A stretch of 64,000 nucleotides of DNA, from NCBI RefSeq assembly GCF_006345805.1, contig NC_042998.1, positions 9,486,001 to 9,550,000 on the forward strand, read 5' to 3'. The notes under the pieces are model-generated. The model saw nothing but the letters and a program-made list of their open reading frames with translations. It was not told where the DNA came from and searched no databases. The position numbers were made by a program, and so were the translations under genes. Numbering within the stretch: position 1 is the stretch's first letter; each line of letters starts with the position of its first letter. This stretch comes from Octopus sinensis. Its lineage: Eukaryota. Shown here in pieces: positions 62,497 to 64,000 of the stretch.

Positions 62497-63465
62497 CTGA
62501 GTAAAATGATTATGTGTAAGGGAGGTAAGTAGTTCTGGATTTGGTGCAATTAGGGTAGATATAGATCTGTAATATGAATGGTGTATGGGGGTTAGTGGTA
62601 TTAATTGAAAGGTTAGTAGTGTTCTGTATTATGTGTTCATATTAAGTTGTGGAACATATTTAATGATGAAAGTTGCCTCTTTATTCATTCTTTGTTGTAC
62701 TGAGGTGTTCTGTGAACATTGATAGAAGGGGAAAATTAGGAAATTAGGATTATGATTCTTAGCACACCTTTCTATGTGTTCACTAACTTGTATCTATCTG
62801 TATTGTGGGTGGCGTATTTGTTCTTTGTGGAGAGTGGTTCTTCGATGGAGTGATATTCCTGTTTGGCCAATATAATTATTACCACACCCTAAGCATGTAA
62901 TGGCATAGAATAGATTTTCCGAGGCACAGGTGAAATTTGATTTGATCTTAAATATTTCACCTTGTTTAAAGTGGAATTCTGAACCCTCCAAAAGGTGGGG
63001 GCATGTACCACAGTTAGGTTGACCACATTTTTTTCACTTTTGGTTCTGTTGTTAATCGGTATAGTCTTGCGCTGGTTAATATTTTTTTCACTGATTTAGG
63101 TTGCATTTTGCTCTTGATAATTTTGTGTGAGCCTAAAATTTTGTTCATTGTTTTATCTCCTGTGAGGATGGGAAGATTTTTGGATGATAATGTTGAAGGC
63201 TTCGTTGTTTCTAGGGTTACATGTGGAAATGTATGGGGGTATTTTTAAGTCTGGTTTAGTATTTCGGTTGACTTCCTTTAATGTTCGTATATCTTCCACA
63301 ACTTAATATGAACACATAACATAATACAGAACACTACTAACCTTTCAATTAATACCACTAACCCCCTTAAATTCCATACACCATTCACATTACAGATCTA
63401 TATCTACTCTAATTGCATCAAATCCAGAACTACTTACCTCCCTTACACATAATCCTTTTACTCAG
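62497..63465 (-). mobile_element. Penelope-like fragment with GIY-YIG endonuclease and inverted termini
   Basis: ORF 62794-62991 reads NFTCASENLFYAITCLGCGNNYIGQTG. 62497-62654 and 63294-63465 are inverted copies of each other. Confidence 0.82.
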
Positions 63466-63599
63466 GGACTAGTAGACCTCACACCATTCATTAATCAGTG
63501 TGCATTCAAAGCAATGATAAGTAAATTCACAAAACCGGTATGCTTTTGAATCTCTTTAACAATTCATGATAATGACTTTTACTCCTACCTCAGCCACTT

Positions 63600-63960
63600 T
63601 GCCTCTGTGAGACCCAACGTTTAGAGGCTGATTTTGTTACATGCCACCAGCATGGGTGCACTTGGCTTGAAGGGTCCTCTTAAGCAGAGCACATTGCCAA
63701 AGGTCTTGGTCACTACTCATTGCTTCTGTGAGGTTCAACATTCGAAGATCATGCTTCACCACTTTGTCCCATGTCTTACTAGGCCTACCTCTACCACAGG
63801 TTCACTCCACAGTTAGAGATCAGCTCTTCTTTACACAGCTGTCCTCCTCCATACACATAAAGATGTTAAACAGATATTATATCTAAAAATAATTGCTCAA
63901 ATGTGCTCACATCCATTTCAGTGGAGACATCACCAATTTGAATTGAATTTTGAATAAAAT
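63600..63960 (-). mobile_element. RTE RT C-terminal fragment
   Basis: Reverse complement of GRPRKAWDEVVKHDLRTL-like sequence. Confidence 0.7.
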
Positions 63961-64000
63961 GCTTTGCACATAGAACACAGCAAAAGAGTCCTTTCTCCAA

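Overview
AT-rich, repeat-dense animal genomic DNA. The SINE/RTE repeat families look like octopus to me; this is an inference and was not database-checked. Positions 1-20.4 kb hold the last 14 coding exons of an IQGAP gene on the + strand (RasGAP-related GRD and RasGAP_C region, about 552 aa, stop at 20349-20351), with all splice phases consistent. Positions 36.9-55.8 kb hold a dispersed cluster containing only histone H2B: three intact ORFs of a divergent variant, one MITE-disrupted pseudogene and one 3' remnant. All carry the replication-dependent histone stem-loop, and no H2A/H3/H4/H1 is visible in the window. The remainder is decayed mobile DNA: RTE, CR1/L2-like and Jockey/I-like LINEs, Penelope-like fragments, mariner and hAT/Buster transposases, Helitron-like and MITE families, tRNA-type SINEs and very long TA/TG microsatellites. 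The most notable observations are: (1) the H2B variant family, with acidic-patch E105Q in all intact copies and K120R in one sublineage; (2) a hammerhead-ribozyme core at 38068-38100 inside a TA-embedded palindrome; (3) a 3.2-kb templated insertion that splits a mariner and whose roughly 30-bp TA tract is about 2.8 kb long in the copy; (4) a GG-ended MITE family with 8-bp TSDs concentrated around the H2B copies. Repeat boundaries are approximate and all alignments were done by eye.
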